Shown here: in pieces, positions 63,369 through 64,000 of the stretch
Position numbering within the stretch: position 1 is the stretch's first letter
How the letters are laid out: every line of letters begins with the position of its first letter
Source of the DNA: Holosporales bacterium
GTDB lineage: Bacteria; Pseudomonadota; Alphaproteobacteria; Paracaedibacterales; CANFPP01
Assembly (NCBI GenBank): GCA_947449005.1
Contig: CANFPP010000002.1
Span: 30,781 to 94,780, forward strand
Direction of reading: 5' to 3'
DNA: 64,000 nt
The notes under the pieces: model-generated
The model's database searches: none
The model's input: only the letters and a program-made list of their open reading frames with translations
Told to the model about the DNA's origin: nothing
Program-made: the position numbers and the translations under genes

Positions 63369-64000
63369 TTATCTTTGGTAAACAGAGGTGACGTTTAGAA
63401 TCTTTTTGAATAAAGTCAATCAGATTCATAACTTCTACGCTGTCATCAAATTGTCCCTTTAAAGGTTCTACTCGTTCTAATATTGGGCCCGTAGAAGTTT
63501 TTTCATTTACGAATAAGATTTGATACACATCACGAAGTTGATGAATAGCTTTGGAAGAGAATCCACGTCGTTTTAAACCTATTAAATTCAGGCCATTTAA
63601 CCAAGCGCGTTCACCCAAAACCATGCCATATGGAATGACATCTTTTTCAACGCCAGACATTCCACCAATAATGGCATGTTCACCGATGCGAACAAACTGC
63701 TGAATAGCAGCAAGGCCACCAACAATGACATAATCGCCGATAACAACATGACCACCTAAGGTTGCATTGTTCGCCATAATAACATGATTACCTACCTGAC
63801 AATCATGAGCAACATGGGATCCCACCATGAACAAGCAATGATCTCCAACGGTGGTGATCATATCTCCGCCTTCTGTTCCTGGCTGGATAGTTACATATTC
63901 GCGAATAGTGTTATGCTCACCTATAATAACTTGTGAGTCTTCCCCATGATATTTTAGATCTTGAGGCGCATGGCCAATTGAAGCAAAGGGATAAATTTTT
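63361..64000 (-). CDS. lpxA: Acyl-ACP--UDP-N-acetylglucosamine O-acyltransferase. Partial: the N-terminus lies beyond the window end.
   Basis: Hand translation shows the frame open to base 64000 (…IGHAPQDLKYHGEDSQVIIGEHNTIREYVTIQPGTEGGDMITTVGDHCLFMVGSHVAHDC…). Hexapeptide repeats and the LpxA C-terminal helical domain are present. Confidence 0.9.
   Translation of the reverse strand, partial: KIYPFASIGHAPQDLKYHGEDSQVIIGEHNTIREYVTIQPGTEGGDMITTVGDHCLFMVGSHVAHDCQVGNHVIMANNATLGGHVVIGDYVIVGGLAAIQQFVRIGEHAIIGGMSGVEKDVIPYGMVLGERAWLNGLNLIGLKRRGFSSKAIHQLRDVYQILFVNEKTSTGPILERVEPLKGQFDDSVEVMNLIDFIQKDSKRHLCLPKING

Overview
This is a 64-kb chromosomal segment from a low-GC Gram-negative bacterium (GC judged by eye, not computed). 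Gene organisation looks alphaproteobacterial and endosymbiont-like. Supporting arrangements are an atpI-atpB-atpE-b'-b F0 operon with two b subunits, lpxA-lpxI-lpxB, ileS-lspA followed by a lipoprotein gene, a paired inactive/active M16 peptidase, and a complete mraZ-to-ftsQ dcw cluster (35.0-50.8 kb, minus strand). Other housekeeping genes include ispG, a class I aldolase, pgi, an ABC-F ATPase, a NodT/HlyD/DHA2 tripartite efflux pump, three DNA-repair genes (AlkD-like, Mpg, photolyase), and one initiator-type tRNA-Met. I saw no rRNA, CRISPR array, integrase or classical transposase.

The accessory content, in order of interest:
1. A 2.3-kb three-gene cassette (HipA-like kinase, a small XRE-HTH gene that overlaps it downstream, and an unrecognisable 236-aa protein). 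It is inserted exactly at the junction of two glycosyltransferase genes and bracketed by a 28-bp duplication of that junction.
2. A family of signal-peptide proteins with no recognisable domain: three clear paralogs and one distant member. Two of them flank a DUF234-type AAA ATPase and occupy the position where ftsA-ftsZ would be expected after ftsQ.
3. Two families of short palindromic intergenic repeats. One is REP/BIME-like and has inserted between murD and ftsW. The other is a hairpin family with compensatory stem changes.
4. A 1.35-kb gene-free, repeat-dense region containing a 492-bp segment closed by 13-bp inverted repeats.
5. Phased TGGGA boxes upstream of mraZ, and twin palindromes upstream of the ATPase.
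6. Two decaying genes: a frameshifted PLD and a BPL_N-like gene with an in-frame stop.

All functional calls come from reading the translated ORFs and recognising motifs. No database search or computation was possible.
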